DNA from: Candidatus Yanofskybacteria bacterium RIFCSPHIGHO2_01_FULL_43_32
Lineage (GTDB): Bacteria > Patescibacteriota > Minisyncoccia > 2-02-FULL-40-12 > GWA2-44-9
Direction: 5' to 3'
NCBI GenBank assembly: GCA_001794125.1
Contig: MGJF01000002.1
Location: forward strand, 172,514-236,513
Length of the DNA: 64,000 nt
In this document: piece after piece, positions 46,533 through 56,401 of the stretch
Layout of the letters: each line of letters begins with the position of its first letter
How positions within the stretch are numbered: position 1 is the first letter of the stretch
The notes under the pieces: model-generated
What the model was told of the DNA's origin: nothing
Databases searched by the model: none
The model's input: only the letters and a program-made list of their open reading frames with translations
Position numbers and translations under genes: made by a program

Positions 46533-47489
46533 TTATCTTAATTCATTATCCTTCAGAAAATTTTTGATATCTTTTGAAGAAATGGCGTAAACGAAATTTT
46601 TGGACATCGCGCTGATTATTCCGACGACCTGCCCTTTAGCGTTCATGACCAGCCCTCCGGAATATCCGGGCTCGGCGCCGTCGCGCATCCGGTACATAAG
46701 ACTGATGCCGTTCTTGTTGACCGGCATACCCTCTATTTTAGCCGTAATTTCGGCGGGGAAAGTGAAATTTATCAGGTCAACGTAAATCGAGGTGATATTA
46801 TTATTTTTGTCCGGAAGCTGCGTCAATATCGGCGCATATCCGGAAATAAAAACCTTTTCCCCCAAACTGGCATCGGCAAACTCGAAGGTGCGCATCAGTA
46901 TGCCGAGCGGATTGGGGCTCTTGATGTCTCCTGATATCAAGGCTTGCTCTATTGTCCGGATGCCGACTTTAAGAGCCATCATATCCTTTAAAGTGCCCGC
47001 TTCTCCCGCGGCGGCAAGCGTAAGCGGAAAGTCAATCCAACTGTCACGGGTAATAATGGTCCCCTTGAACGTGTAGGTATAATCAAAACCGGGATTGGTC
47101 TTGATCCTTTCTGCTTTCAGGACATCCATGTCCCGGATGGTCTCCGAGAGTAGGTGTCTGGCAGTTATGATAACCCCGGGCTGGTCGGTGGTAAAACCGG
47201 TGCCGATTCCGGAAATGATTTCGTTATTTGTGCCTTTTTCCGAAAAAATGACACTGATAACGAATTTACGCTTCTGGGCTTCATAAACCTTGTCGGGTAG
47301 CGGCTCCGTGGCGATAATGACCCGTCCAAAACGATACATCTCCTCGGTCCGGTTCCTCATGTCCTGGGCTAATATATCGGAAGGGTGTAAAAGAACAAAA
47401 AGAAGAAGCAGCGCGGTTTTTTGAAACATTGACTTACTCTTCTTTGAAAAACTTAAATTTATAATATGAATATTGAGAACGAACGTCAA
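46533..47489 (-). CDS. secreted trypsin-like serine protease (S1 family, no PDZ domain)
   Basis: Signal peptide, GTGFTTDQPGVIITARHLL (His region), and GYSGGLVMNAKGQVVGIISA (catalytic Ser). Confidence 0.7.
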   Translation of the reverse strand: MTFVLNIHIINLSFSKKSKSMFQKTALLLLFVLLHPSDILAQDMRNRTEEMYRFGRVIIATEPLPDKVYEAQKRKFVISVIFSEKGTNNEIISGIGTGFTTDQPGVIITARHLLSETIRDMDVLKAERIKTNPGFDYTYTFKGTIITRDSWIDFPLTLAAAGEAGTLKDMMALKVGIRTIEQALISGDIKSPNPLGILMRTFEFADASLGEKVFISGYAPILTQLPDKNNNITSIYVDLINFTFPAEITAKIEGMPVNKNGISLMYRMRDGAEPGYSGGLVMNAKGQVVGIISAMSKNFVYAISSKDIKNFLKDNELR

Positions 47490-47544
47490 CTGTGATAAAA
47501 TACATGCCAGTGAACCGTAAACAAGTTTCCGATCAGCCTCATTC

Positions 47545-47615
47545 GCGGGTATAGTACAGTGGTAGTACGACTCCCTTCCAAGGAGTAGACACGAGTTCGA
47601 ATCTCGTTACCCGCT
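47545..47615 (+). tRNA. tRNA-Gly (anticodon TCC)
   Basis: Hand-folded cloverleaf. Acceptor gcgggta/tacccgc, D-arm gtac-agtggta-gtac, anticodon arm actcc-cttccaa-ggagt, T-arm acgag-ttcgaat-ctcgt. A strong hairpin cacttcttcg...tgaagaagtg follows. Confidence 0.85.
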
Positions 47616-47695
47616 CACTTCTTCGCCCTCGGTGAAGAAGTGCCCTGCGTAGCTCCATAGGAGCGAAGCATGGGCCAGTCATCGAGGATTAACGT

Positions 47696-47971
47696 TTGGC
47701 TACGAAGTGCAAGCCGTTTGTTTTTTTTATGTATTACGTCTACATCTTAAAAAGTGTCGCTAATCCAAACCAAATCTACATTGGCTCTTCATCTGATATT
47801 GAAAAACGCTTGGAATCTCACAATTCGGGAGCCAATAAACATACGAGCAAGTTTAGGCCTTGGAAGGTTATTTGGTATTGTGCGTTTGCTACACAAGAAA
47901 AAGTTCTCGCTTTTGAACAATACCTAAAGTCTGCTTCGGGGATAGCGTTTCGTAGAAAGAGGCTTGTCTGA
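47696..47971 (+). CDS. GIY-YIG nuclease superfamily protein (YhbQ/UPF0213-like); the start may be 47729
   Basis: YYVYILKSVANPNQIYIGSSSDIEKRLESHNSG matches the GIY-YIG motif. The size and the C-terminal RKRL tail fit the YhbQ family. Confidence 0.65.
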   Translation: MATKCKPFVFFMYYVYILKSVANPNQIYIGSSSDIEKRLESHNSGANKHTSKFRPWKVIWYCAFATQEKVLAFEQYLKSASGIAFRRKRLV

Positions 47972-48135
47972 CCTTGTTTTCCAGAGGTCCGAACCTAAAT
48001 AAAAAACCGTTTTAGACCCTACCGCTATCTTGTGTTTATAGGTAAAGGATAGATTAGGACATCAAACCTTGACATATAATATCTAATAATTTATACACTA
48101 AACAGCAGTCGCTTAATAATTGGGGGGATAAACTA

Positions 48136-48573
48136 ATGCTTCAGGAGTTTTATGTCGTAACTGCTACTTCGGTATATCATGTTGAATATGATAAGAAATT
48201 TAATCAAGCCAAGGCTACAAAGATAGACCTTAGGGGTAAGAGCAAGGTTGATGTTGGTCAGGAATTAACTGGTCCGATGGTATCAGTATGTAAGTGGCTT
48301 CAATTTTACATCCCTGAAGGTGGCAACTTTACCTTTTCCCTTCAAAGAAAGATTGAGATGGTTAATACAAGATATTGGCTTGGTGGAACTTCGGAAATCG
48401 TCGGATTATTTTTAGAGAAACAAGGTGCGCTTGACTGTTTAAACGACCATCAAGATTTAACTTCTTGTGACCGGCGATGGCTTGATGCTACAAAAAAGGT
48501 AATTTGTGCCATCGGTCACGAACATCCTGTTTTTGAAGTCTGTGAATGGGAAGGATTAAGACTTGTCCGCTAA
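48136..48573 (+). CDS. hypothetical protein
   Basis: A 145-aa ORF with a possible RBS GGGGGAT upstream and a terminator ctagccatagggctag plus T-run after it. Confidence 0.4.
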   Translation: MLQEFYVVTATSVYHVEYDKKFNQAKATKIDLRGKSKVDVGQELTGPMVSVCKWLQFYIPEGGNFTFSLQRKIEMVNTRYWLGGTSEIVGLFLEKQGALDCLNDHQDLTSCDRRWLDATKKVICAIGHEHPVFEVCEWEGLRLVR

Positions 48574-48693
48574 TCTAGCCATAGGGCTAGATTTTTAATT
48601 GATTTTCGCCCCTTCCAAAGATAGAATTGGTATATAAATAAGTCACCGGTATTCTCCCAATCCCGCTCAAAAATTAAAAACGGCATTTAGCCG

Positions 48694-50985
48694 TTATTGA
48701 TTCAATAATCTCTGCAACTCTGCTTCGACTGCCGGAGAGAACTCAATTTTTTTTCTTTCCGCGTATATTCTGTCAACTATTCTCCGAACCAGCGGGCCGG
48801 CAACCCAGCCGCCAGAGACCTGCATATCGGTCTGGCCGCTGACCTTAGCCATGTATTCTGGAAGTTCGATAATCCGGTAGTCATCCATGCCGAATCTGAC
48901 AGCTATAACCAGCTCGGGCGTTCCGCACCACATGGAGACGTCTCTGGGGCCGTCAGAAGTCCCGGTTTTACAGGCAACCTGTTGTTCAATACCCCGCATC
49001 GATATTTTGGAGGTTCCGATTTTTGTAACAGCCCGCATCAGAGCCAGTATCTTGTTTGAGGTACTTTCGGATAAAATTATTTTCCCGGTCGGAGGCTCGG
49101 CTCGGAATATAGTTTCGTCGCCATAAGCACTCTTTATCTCCCGGACAAGTGTCGGTCTGACGTATGTTCCGCCCCGAAAGAAAACCGCGTAAGCATTCGC
49201 CAACTCAATTAGGTTTACATCGGAGGCGCCGATGGCTGTCGGCAAAAGAGGAACAAGCCCGCCTTTTATTTCATAGCCCGGCTTTTTGAACCAGATCTCC
49301 CCGTCAGAATCTCTGATCATTCCGGGATTGCCGTGAACGCCCATGTTATTGGACAGCTGAACTATTGCTTTCATTCCTATCTCGCGAGCCAGATTCAAGG
49401 TGGGAAGGTTTACCGAACGGATAAGGCCGGTGGAAAGGGGGATATAACCGTAAGGCACAGGATTTTCTTCACGGAAATTCTGCGGTGCCCAGGTCTTTCC
49501 GCCCCCGCCTCTCATGGCGAACGGACAGTTGCATATCTGGTCGAAGAAATCCTTGTGGAGATACTCGATAGCCGCCGCATAAGTGAACGGCTTGAAGCCC
49601 GAACCGGGGGAACGGGATGCCATGGCCCGATTATATTGTGTCTCATTGAAATCATTGCCACCGGACAGGGCCAGTATGTTTCCGGTTTTTACCTCAATCG
49701 CGACAAAAGCACCATTTAACCGGTCCTCCGGCTTTTTGCTTTGATTCAGAAACGCAAGATGCCTTTCGAACTCTTCAGAAGCTATTCTTTGAAGGACCGG
49801 ATCGAACGTTGTGTAGATGCGAAGCCCGCCGTAATACAACAGGTCTTCATCGCTGTATCCCCAGCTTAGAAGCATTTCTTTGACCAGGCGGTTCGAATAA
49901 CCATAAGCAGGGTTTTTCCATGGACTTAAGCGGGCTAATTCTTCCGTGTTGGGATTTTTGTCTTTTTGGAACAAATTTTCTTCGTATTCTTTCAAGGAAA
50001 TAGACCCGTTATTCCTCATTCGTTCAAGGACAAAATTATACCGGTCTTTGGCGGTTGCCATTCGAATGGTTTCTCTTGCTAATTTTTCTTCGTATTCTTC
50101 TTGTAACTTTGCGGCTGCTTCGGGAGCGGTATTCTTGTCTATTTTTGGTTCGAGAGGCCTGTGAAATACCGGGTCATAAAGAACGGGGTATTTATTAATG
50201 CTTGCAAGTATGGCGGCTTCTCTGATAGAAAGCGGTTCTTTACGGATATTTTTCCCCCAATAGCGCATGGATCCGGAAACAACGCCATGAGCGCCATGGC
50301 CAAGCCAGATATAGTTCAAATAAGTTCCGAATATCTCTTTTTTTGAGTAGCGTTTTTCAAGCCGTATCGCCAATCTCGCTTCTTTTAACTTTCTGCTTAA
50401 TGTCTGGGCCCTGGTCTTAAAATCGGATACTTCATCCGCAAACTCTAATCTTGCCAACTGCTGGGTTATAGTGCTTGCTCCACCGGATCTTCTCCATATA
50501 TTTATGCCCCGCGAACGCAATCCGTTGCCAACCGCAGCTGACACAATAGCCGTTATGTCAATTCCGGAGTGCTGATAAAACCTTTTATCTTCAGCAGCCA
50601 GGAATGCGTTTTGGAGGAGTTTGGGAACCTCGTCCAATCGGACCGGATCTCTTATTTCTTCAAAATATTTTCCGGTTTCTTCCCCGTTCTTGGCGTAGAC
50701 ATATGACGCTTTTTTGAACTCGGATCGGGCCAATTTCTCCAAATCAAGCGGCTGTCCCTTGTCATCGGTCAAACAGCCGAGGTTAAAAAAACATCCGTCG
50801 TACTTAAACATATACCACCATCCGAACCCAAAACTTGCAGTTCCGGCAAGCAAGGACAAAAATAAAGCCAAAAATACCCATTTTGGCCAAGACCGGCGCT
50901 TAAAGACAATTATCCAATAGTCGGTTCGGAGGCTTTCAGGAATGAAATCAAGCAACTCTCTTGATTTCGACCATAAACGTTTCAT
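48694..50985 (-). CDS. class A penicillin-binding protein (GT51 transglycosylase plus transpeptidase)
   Basis: GT51 motifs EDKRFYQHSGID and GASTITQQLAR. Transpeptidase motifs SGFKPF (SxxK) and KTGTS. Confidence 0.9.
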   Translation of the reverse strand: MKRLWSKSRELLDFIPESLRTDYWIIVFKRRSWPKWVFLALFLSLLAGTASFGFGWWYMFKYDGCFFNLGCLTDDKGQPLDLEKLARSEFKKASYVYAKNGEETGKYFEEIRDPVRLDEVPKLLQNAFLAAEDKRFYQHSGIDITAIVSAAVGNGLRSRGINIWRRSGGASTITQQLARLEFADEVSDFKTRAQTLSRKLKEARLAIRLEKRYSKKEIFGTYLNYIWLGHGAHGVVSGSMRYWGKNIRKEPLSIREAAILASINKYPVLYDPVFHRPLEPKIDKNTAPEAAAKLQEEYEEKLARETIRMATAKDRYNFVLERMRNNGSISLKEYEENLFQKDKNPNTEELARLSPWKNPAYGYSNRLVKEMLLSWGYSDEDLLYYGGLRIYTTFDPVLQRIASEEFERHLAFLNQSKKPEDRLNGAFVAIEVKTGNILALSGGNDFNETQYNRAMASRSPGSGFKPFTYAAAIEYLHKDFFDQICNCPFAMRGGGGKTWAPQNFREENPVPYGYIPLSTGLIRSVNLPTLNLAREIGMKAIVQLSNNMGVHGNPGMIRDSDGEIWFKKPGYEIKGGLVPLLPTAIGASDVNLIELANAYAVFFRGGTYVRPTLVREIKSAYGDETIFRAEPPTGKIILSESTSNKILALMRAVTKIGTSKISMRGIEQQVACKTGTSDGPRDVSMWCGTPELVIAVRFGMDDYRIIELPEYMAKVSGQTDMQVSGGWVAGPLVRRIVDRIYAERKKIEFSPAVEAELQRLLNQ

Positions 50986-51106
50986 TTAACTGCCTTTGTA
51001 TTTTTAATGAACAACTACCACAATATGTAGCACAACTGAATTCAACTGTAAAATTATGGACTAAAGTCGTTTTTTATAGTAAAATTCCATAGTATTTATT
51101 TAATTT

Positions 51107-51178
51107 GCCCCTGTAGTTCAACGGATAGAACACCTCCCTTCTAAGGAGGGGATCTAAGTTCGATTCTTAGCGGGGGCA
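51107..51178 (+). tRNA. tRNA-Arg (anticodon TCT); CCA is encoded at 51179-51181
   Basis: Acceptor gcccctg/cgggggc (one G-U pair), D-arm gttc-aacggata-gaac, anticodon arm cctcc-cttctaa-ggagg, T-arm ctaag-ttcgatt-cttag. Confidence 0.8.
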
Positions 51179-51305
51179 CCACGGGATGTAGTGTAACGGT
51201 AGCACCCCGCACCAACCTTATCCGCTGACCGCCATTCAAAAAGAGGGCGGGGTTGATATGGGGCAGGCGAGACGTTCTTGTCCAAAACAGAGTTCGGCCC
51301 TTTGT

Positions 51306-51376
51306 CGGGCTGGCGTATGACGGTGGTACGACTGATTTGGGATCAGTTAGACTGGGTTCGACTCCCAGCAGCCCGA
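51306..51376 (+). tRNA. tRNA-Pro (anticodon TGG)
   Basis: Acceptor cgggctg/cagcccg, D-arm gtat-gacggtg-gtac (one G-U pair), anticodon arm actga-tttggga-tcagt, T-arm ctggg-ttcgact-cccag, discriminator A. Confidence 0.7.
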
Positions 51377-51625
51377 AATTGTGGGCTGAACTCTATTTTG
51401 GATGGGATGCTTGAATCGGAAAGAAAATATGAACTGCTTCATGTTTTCTCGATTCAAGTGCCGGAACGATGTTTCATAAGTAATTGGCGAGTGAAACCGT
51501 GAGGCGGGCCTGCAACCTGACCGACGGAAGGAGGTCAGAGTTGTAGGTTAGTTCAATTCTCGGCATCCCGACATCGGAAACAAAAATCAGACCAAAGGGT
51601 CTGATTTTTGTTTTTACAATTTTTC

Positions 51626-51850
51626 TTAGAAACCGGGGTGTTCTTTTTCGTCTTCGTCTATTATCTCGTCCGCTTTCTCAATCGTTTCTTCCGCTTCGGC
51701 GGGAGTCGTATCGTCTACGTCGTCTCCGTAATCACTGGTATTCACGGTTGAATCCTCCGGCTCTTCTTTTTCAAGCTCGTCTAAACTGATAATTTCTACT
51801 GGCGCATCGTCATTTGTTTTTTTGTTGTTCATAAAAACATTATAGCACAC
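51626..51850 (-). CDS. hypothetical small acidic protein
   Basis: 74 aa, very Asp/Glu-rich. The bidirectional terminator aaaatcagaccaaagggtctgatttt (51583-51618) lies just downstream. Confidence 0.3.
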   Translation of the reverse strand: MCYNVFMNNKKTNDDAPVEIISLDELEKEEPEDSTVNTSDYGDDVDDTTPAEAEETIEKADEIIDEDEKEHPGF

Positions 51851-51979
51851 TTTTGGGGGATTAGAGAGAGTTGAACTCTCGCCCGCAGTTCCACAAACTG
51901 CTGTGCTAACCGTTACACCATAATCCCCATATCATAAACATTATACTCTTTTTTATTGAAAAATCCAGCTAAAACAAAA

Positions 51980-52008
51980 ATCCCTTACCTTTCTGAAAGG
52001 TGAGGGAT
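51980..52008. repeat. palindromic element atcccttacctttctgaaaggtgagggat (family copy 3 of 3), the terminator of the minus-strand deaminase gene
   Basis: It is followed on the minus strand by a T-run and abuts the stop codon of the 52008..53045 ORF. Confidence 0.5.
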
Positions 52009-53045
52009 CAAAATATGTGTTCCTTCCGGTTGCCGAATCTTGTCAGCCATGGATTTTGCAACAATTTTTGCTTTTCTTCGTCGGTAAACCGATACGCGTC
52101 GTCGCACATTTGGAAAACTTCATTCAGTTCCGGCTGAAAAAAATCATCATCCGGATTCATTGACCAAAGAACCTCTCGGCGAAGCATTTCTCTGATTTTC
52201 AAAACTTTCAAATCGGGAATATTTCGTCCTTGAAGATTGGAGCCGGGACAGCCCGTCACACCTATCTGCTCATCGGCAATAAATTTCATTGACTCGGAGT
52301 CATAAGGCAGAGCAATTCCGTGGCCGAGCCGCCTTTTTGCTTTGGATTTGAACTTTTTGAACAGACCCAGAACGACCCTTAAATTTTTAATAAGCATCAA
52401 CAGGTCTCTCTGGAAATCCGGGGCTTGTTTTGGCCTGCGGACCCATTCGCTGACATGAACTTCAAGATTGATTCCGGCATTGAGCGCGTATTCAATGGTT
52501 TTCCGGTGTCTTTCCGGCGGAAATTTGTTTTCATCGCAAACGATGTTTGCTCCTACAACATAATTCCGGTCGCATTGCTCGAGAACTTTTAACAATTTGA
52601 CGGCCCTGTGGGACTTAAGTTCACGACCGATGGCAAACAGCAGGTTTGTTTCCGTATCCGGATATCCTTCCTCGGCTTTTTTTATTCCGGCGACAAGCGC
52701 CTCGACAACTCTTTTTGGCGTTAACTTGCCGAAACAGTGGTATTGGGGAGCAAACATTATTTCATTATAACGAAAACCTTGCTTCGCCCTGACAACGACA
52801 TGATTCCATGCCGCTAAATACAAAGCGTCCCAGGTCTGAAGAAGTTTATTTATATGAGAGAATGCCTCAATTATGTTGGAATGAACGTCTAAAAATCTCT
52901 GTCGGTAAATTTGCGTGTAGTCCCGTCTTGGATCAACCCTGATATCGGCCATCATTTGCAACTGCGCCAGTATGTCGCCTAAAGGCTTGGCTCCGTCTCC
53001 GTGGTCATGCAAAAGAGCCGTCTGCGGCCAATACGGTACCGGCAT
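52008..53045 (-). CDS. adenosine/AMP deaminase family metallohydrolase
   Basis: LHDHGDG (HxH-type N-terminal metal site), GVTGCPGSN (CPxSN), and SMNPDDDFF (the DDP region) match adenosine deaminase family motifs. Confidence 0.65.
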   Translation of the reverse strand: MPVPYWPQTALLHDHGDGAKPLGDILAQLQMMADIRVDPRRDYTQIYRQRFLDVHSNIIEAFSHINKLLQTWDALYLAAWNHVVVRAKQGFRYNEIMFAPQYHCFGKLTPKRVVEALVAGIKKAEEGYPDTETNLLFAIGRELKSHRAVKLLKVLEQCDRNYVVGANIVCDENKFPPERHRKTIEYALNAGINLEVHVSEWVRRPKQAPDFQRDLLMLIKNLRVVLGLFKKFKSKAKRRLGHGIALPYDSESMKFIADEQIGVTGCPGSNLQGRNIPDLKVLKIREMLRREVLWSMNPDDDFFQPELNEVFQMCDDAYRFTDEEKQKLLQNPWLTRFGNRKEHIF

Positions 53046-53161
53046 TCGGGTTCCTTTTTAAATAGCAATATTAAAATGATTCTACTCGCTCTTGATTATT
53101 TATGCAAAATAGTTTAAAATTTAACCGTCTTTCTTTTCTTCGTGTGTAAAGGAGACGGAAC

Positions 53162-53305
53162 TTGCGCATAATAAAAAATTTTATTGCATGCTGGAAAATA
53201 CGTTTCCGCCAAAGACCGGAAAATCAAAAGCTTGAAAAACTTAAGAAACTGCAGAAAAAGAAACACGGACTCGAAGAGTTAAAAAAGAAGATAGATGGGG
53301 CATAG
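53162..53305 (+). CDS. candidate unannotated small basic protein (47 aa, TTG start)
   Basis: An AAAGGAGA RBS lies 6 nt before the TTG at 53162. The ORF LRIIKNFIACWKIRFRQRPENQKLEKLKKLQKKKHGLEELKKKIDGA ends just before the terminator ggggcatagcacccc plus T7 (53295-53320). It is under 60 aa and absent from the ORF track. Confidence 0.25.
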   Translation: MRIIKNFIACWKIRFRQRPENQKLEKLKKLQKKKHGLEELKKKIDGA

Positions 53306-53346
53306 CACCCCTTTTTTTATTACTTTATTTCTGTTAAATTACCAAG

Positions 53347-55131
53347 ATGACACATGGCGAGATTCGCGAAAAATTCCTCAAATTTTTTGAAGACAGGGGA
53401 CACAAAATAGTCCCGTCTTCGTCGTTGCTTCCGGCCGACCCGTCGGTTCTTTTTACCACGGCCGGAATGCAGCAGTTCAAGCCGTATTTTTTGGGAGACG
53501 CGGACCCGGTAAAAGATTTTGGCGGCAGAAGGACTGTGTCAATTCAAAAATCAATGAGAACTTCCGACATAGACGAGGTCGGGGACGAATCGCACCTCAC
53601 ATTCTTTGAGATGCTCGGCCACTTTTCTTTCGGCGATTATTTTAAAAAAGAGACGATAGAGTGGACTTACGAATTTCTAACCGATGTTCTTAAAATTTCC
53701 AAAGACAGGCTCTCGGCAACGGTTTTTGCCGGAGACGATAAAATTCCGTTTGACGAAGAGTCCTACAATGCCTGGTCCCGGTTCCTGCCGGCCGACCGTA
53801 TCCGCAAAGGGCCGCGGGAAGATAACGTATGGGGACCGCCCGGCCCCGAAGGCCCGTGCGGCGCCGCAAATGAAGTTTATGTAGATGACATGGAGGTCGC
53901 CACACTGGTTTTCATGGAATATAACTGTGATAAAGACCAGAATCTGACACCTTTGCCCCAAAAGGGGGTTGATGTCGGGTGGGGATTGGAAAGGATCGTA
54001 ATGATAACCCAGGGCAAAGGTAATATTTTTGAGACCGATTTGTTTGAACCGATTATGAAACTCCTTTTAGATTCTCCAAATAAATGGCTGGGAAGAATAA
54101 TAGCTGACCATGCACGAGCCGTTGTTTTTCTAATTGCCGATGGTGTCACTCCTTCAAATAAAGAACGGGGTTATGTCCTCCGGCGCTTATTGCGACGAAT
54201 GATTATTCAACTTTCCAGCTATACTGACGATTTTCTCGCCCCTATTTCAAAGGTTGTGGACTTATACGGTTCATATTATACCTTCGATAAACAAATGATT
54301 ATCGATGTTGTTGAGTTAGAAGCAGATAAATTTCAAAAAACCCTTACTCAGGGACGCAAAGAATTAGAACGTTTGGAATCCATAGATGCAACTAAAGCAT
54401 TCATGCTGTATGAATCATATGGTTTGCCCTTTGAGGTCATAAAAGATTTGGGTAGAGAAAAGGCCAAAGGACTTACTCGAGAGGCGTTTGATGAAGAATT
54501 TAAAAAACACCAGGAAAAATCCCGTGCCGGAGCGGAGAAAAAATTCGGCGGTCACGGATTGCTCATGGATACAGGTGAATTAAAAGCTGGAAACGAAGAA
54601 GAATTAAAGAAAGCCACACGACTTCACACAGCAACACATTTATTGCACGCCGCGTTGAGAAAAGTTCTGGATCCGCCAGCTGGCGGAGAAGTCCAACAAG
54701 CCGGTTCGGATATTACTGCAGAAAGATTGCGATTTGATTTCACCTTTCCTCGCAAAATGACCCCTGAGGAAATAAAGCAGGTTGAGGATATGGTAAACGA
54801 AGCGGTTCAGAAAGACTACAAAGTTACAAAAGAAGAAATGTCTTATGAAGATGCGGTCAAATCCGGCGCGATGGCATTTTTCAAACTTAAATATCCTAAT
54901 CGTGTAAATGTTTACACGATTGGCCCTGAGTCTTTCGACCCTGAGCTCAAGACCGAAGGGCCTGTCGAAGGGCATAATCCTTCGTCATCAAATTTCTCAG
55001 GACCTCCTTTCAGTCGGGAGCTTTGCGGAGGCCCTCATGTATCCCACACTGGCGAGATTGGCCATATCACTATTACCAAAGAAGAAGCCGTCTCCGCGGG
55101 GGTCCGCAGGATTAGGGCGGTTGTAGAGTAA
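53347..55131 (+). CDS. alaS: alanine--tRNA ligase (short form lacking the C-Ala domain)
   Basis: FLKFFEDRGHKIVPSSSLLP...LFTTAGMQQFKPYF, and the editing-domain HxxxH (HTATHLLHAAL). Only 594 aa. Confidence 0.9.
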   Translation: MTHGEIREKFLKFFEDRGHKIVPSSSLLPADPSVLFTTAGMQQFKPYFLGDADPVKDFGGRRTVSIQKSMRTSDIDEVGDESHLTFFEMLGHFSFGDYFKKETIEWTYEFLTDVLKISKDRLSATVFAGDDKIPFDEESYNAWSRFLPADRIRKGPREDNVWGPPGPEGPCGAANEVYVDDMEVATLVFMEYNCDKDQNLTPLPQKGVDVGWGLERIVMITQGKGNIFETDLFEPIMKLLLDSPNKWLGRIIADHARAVVFLIADGVTPSNKERGYVLRRLLRRMIIQLSSYTDDFLAPISKVVDLYGSYYTFDKQMIIDVVELEADKFQKTLTQGRKELERLESIDATKAFMLYESYGLPFEVIKDLGREKAKGLTREAFDEEFKKHQEKSRAGAEKKFGGHGLLMDTGELKAGNEEELKKATRLHTATHLLHAALRKVLDPPAGGEVQQAGSDITAERLRFDFTFPRKMTPEEIKQVEDMVNEAVQKDYKVTKEEMSYEDAVKSGAMAFFKLKYPNRVNVYTIGPESFDPELKTEGPVEGHNPSSSNFSGPPFSRELCGGPHVSHTGEIGHITITKEEAVSAGVRRIRAVVE

Positions 55132-55396
55132 CCGCTCCGCCCCATTACCTCTCTCCAACCGTTCGCATTCCCCCGCGAGGAATGCTCACTTCATTCTCTG
55201 TCCGGATTTTGTCAAGTCCTTCGACAAGCTCAGGACTATGACAATCCGTGCAATCCGGATTCGAAAGATTGTCGAGAGGCAATGGGGCTGCGCGTTTACT
55301 AACCAAATATGAGCGAGGCCATTGCCATAAAAAGACATTTGAGACCCGGCCTTTTGCAGGGACGAGGCAGTATAATTATTCTGCACTGTCGAGAAT

Positions 55397-56401
55397 ATGA
55401 ATAATTTTTGGCAAAAACTTAATAGGCCGTTTTTTATTTTGGCTCCGATGGCCGATGTAACCGATTCCGCTTTCAGACAGATAATTTTGTCATGCGGTAA
55501 GCCCGATATTTTTTATACTGAATTCGTTTCGGCAGATGGTTTATGTTCCGAAAAGGGTAAATTAAAATTAGTGCCCCACTTGGCATTTAAAAAGAATGAA
55601 AAGCCGATTGTGGCTCAATTTTTCGGTGCCAATCCCGAGAATTTTTATAAATGCGCCCAACTCGCTGTGGAGTTTGGCTTTGACGGCATAGACGTAAACA
55701 TGGGCTGTCCGGCGGGAAAAATAGTAAAGCACGACAGCGGAGCGGGACTCATATTAAACCCCGAACTGGCCAAAGAAATAGTCCGTGAAACAAAGCGCGG
55801 AGCGGCATCCGCCGGCTGGCGGATGCCTGTATCCGTCAAAACCCGCATCGGCTACAACAAAATTATTACCGAAGAATGGATTTCACATCTTATTGAAGCA
55901 AAACCAGACGCAATAATTATTCATGGCAGGACAATGAAAGAGATGTCCAAAGTCCCGGCTCATTGGGACGAGATAGGCAAAGCCGCTGTACTCTGCCGGA
56001 AAGCCGGGATATCCATAATCGGCAACGGCGATATTGCCACTTATGAAGAAGGAGTTAAAAAAGCTGAGCAATATGGGCTGGACGGCATTATGGTCGGCAG
56101 AGCGATATTTTCCAACCCCTGGTTTTTTGACCCAACCATAGACCCGGCCGCAAAAACGCCCAAAGAAAGGATAGAACTGCTTAAAAAACATCTGGGATTA
56201 TTTACGGAGTTGTGGGGGAAGGATAAACATTTTGATGTCATGAAGAAGTTCTTCAAAACCTATATTTCCGGTTTTGACGGCGCCAAGGAATTAAGAACAG
56301 AATTAATGAAGACAAGAAATGAACAGGGCGTAATGGAAGCTCTAAGAAAACATGCTATAATTGAGTTAAATGGCATCTACCAAGATAATCAACGTCCTTA
56401 A
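55397..56401 (+). CDS. dus: tRNA-dihydrouridine synthase
   Basis: FILAPMADVTDSAFRQI, DVNMGCPAGKIV, and catalytic-region homology to DusB. Confidence 0.88.
   Translation: MNNFWQKLNRPFFILAPMADVTDSAFRQIILSCGKPDIFYTEFVSADGLCSEKGKLKLVPHLAFKKNEKPIVAQFFGANPENFYKCAQLAVEFGFDGIDVNMGCPAGKIVKHDSGAGLILNPELAKEIVRETKRGAASAGWRMPVSVKTRIGYNKIITEEWISHLIEAKPDAIIIHGRTMKEMSKVPAHWDEIGKAAVLCRKAGISIIGNGDIATYEEGVKKAEQYGLDGIMVGRAIFSNPWFFDPTIDPAAKTPKERIELLKKHLGLFTELWGKDKHFDVMKKFFKTYISGFDGAKELRTELMKTRNEQGVMEALRKHAIIELNGIYQDNQRP

Noticed and set aside
51278-51502. A 74-aa plus-strand ORF
   Set aside because: It overlaps tRNA-Pro and the hairpin-rich spacer and has no RBS. It is an artefact of the tRNA cluster region.
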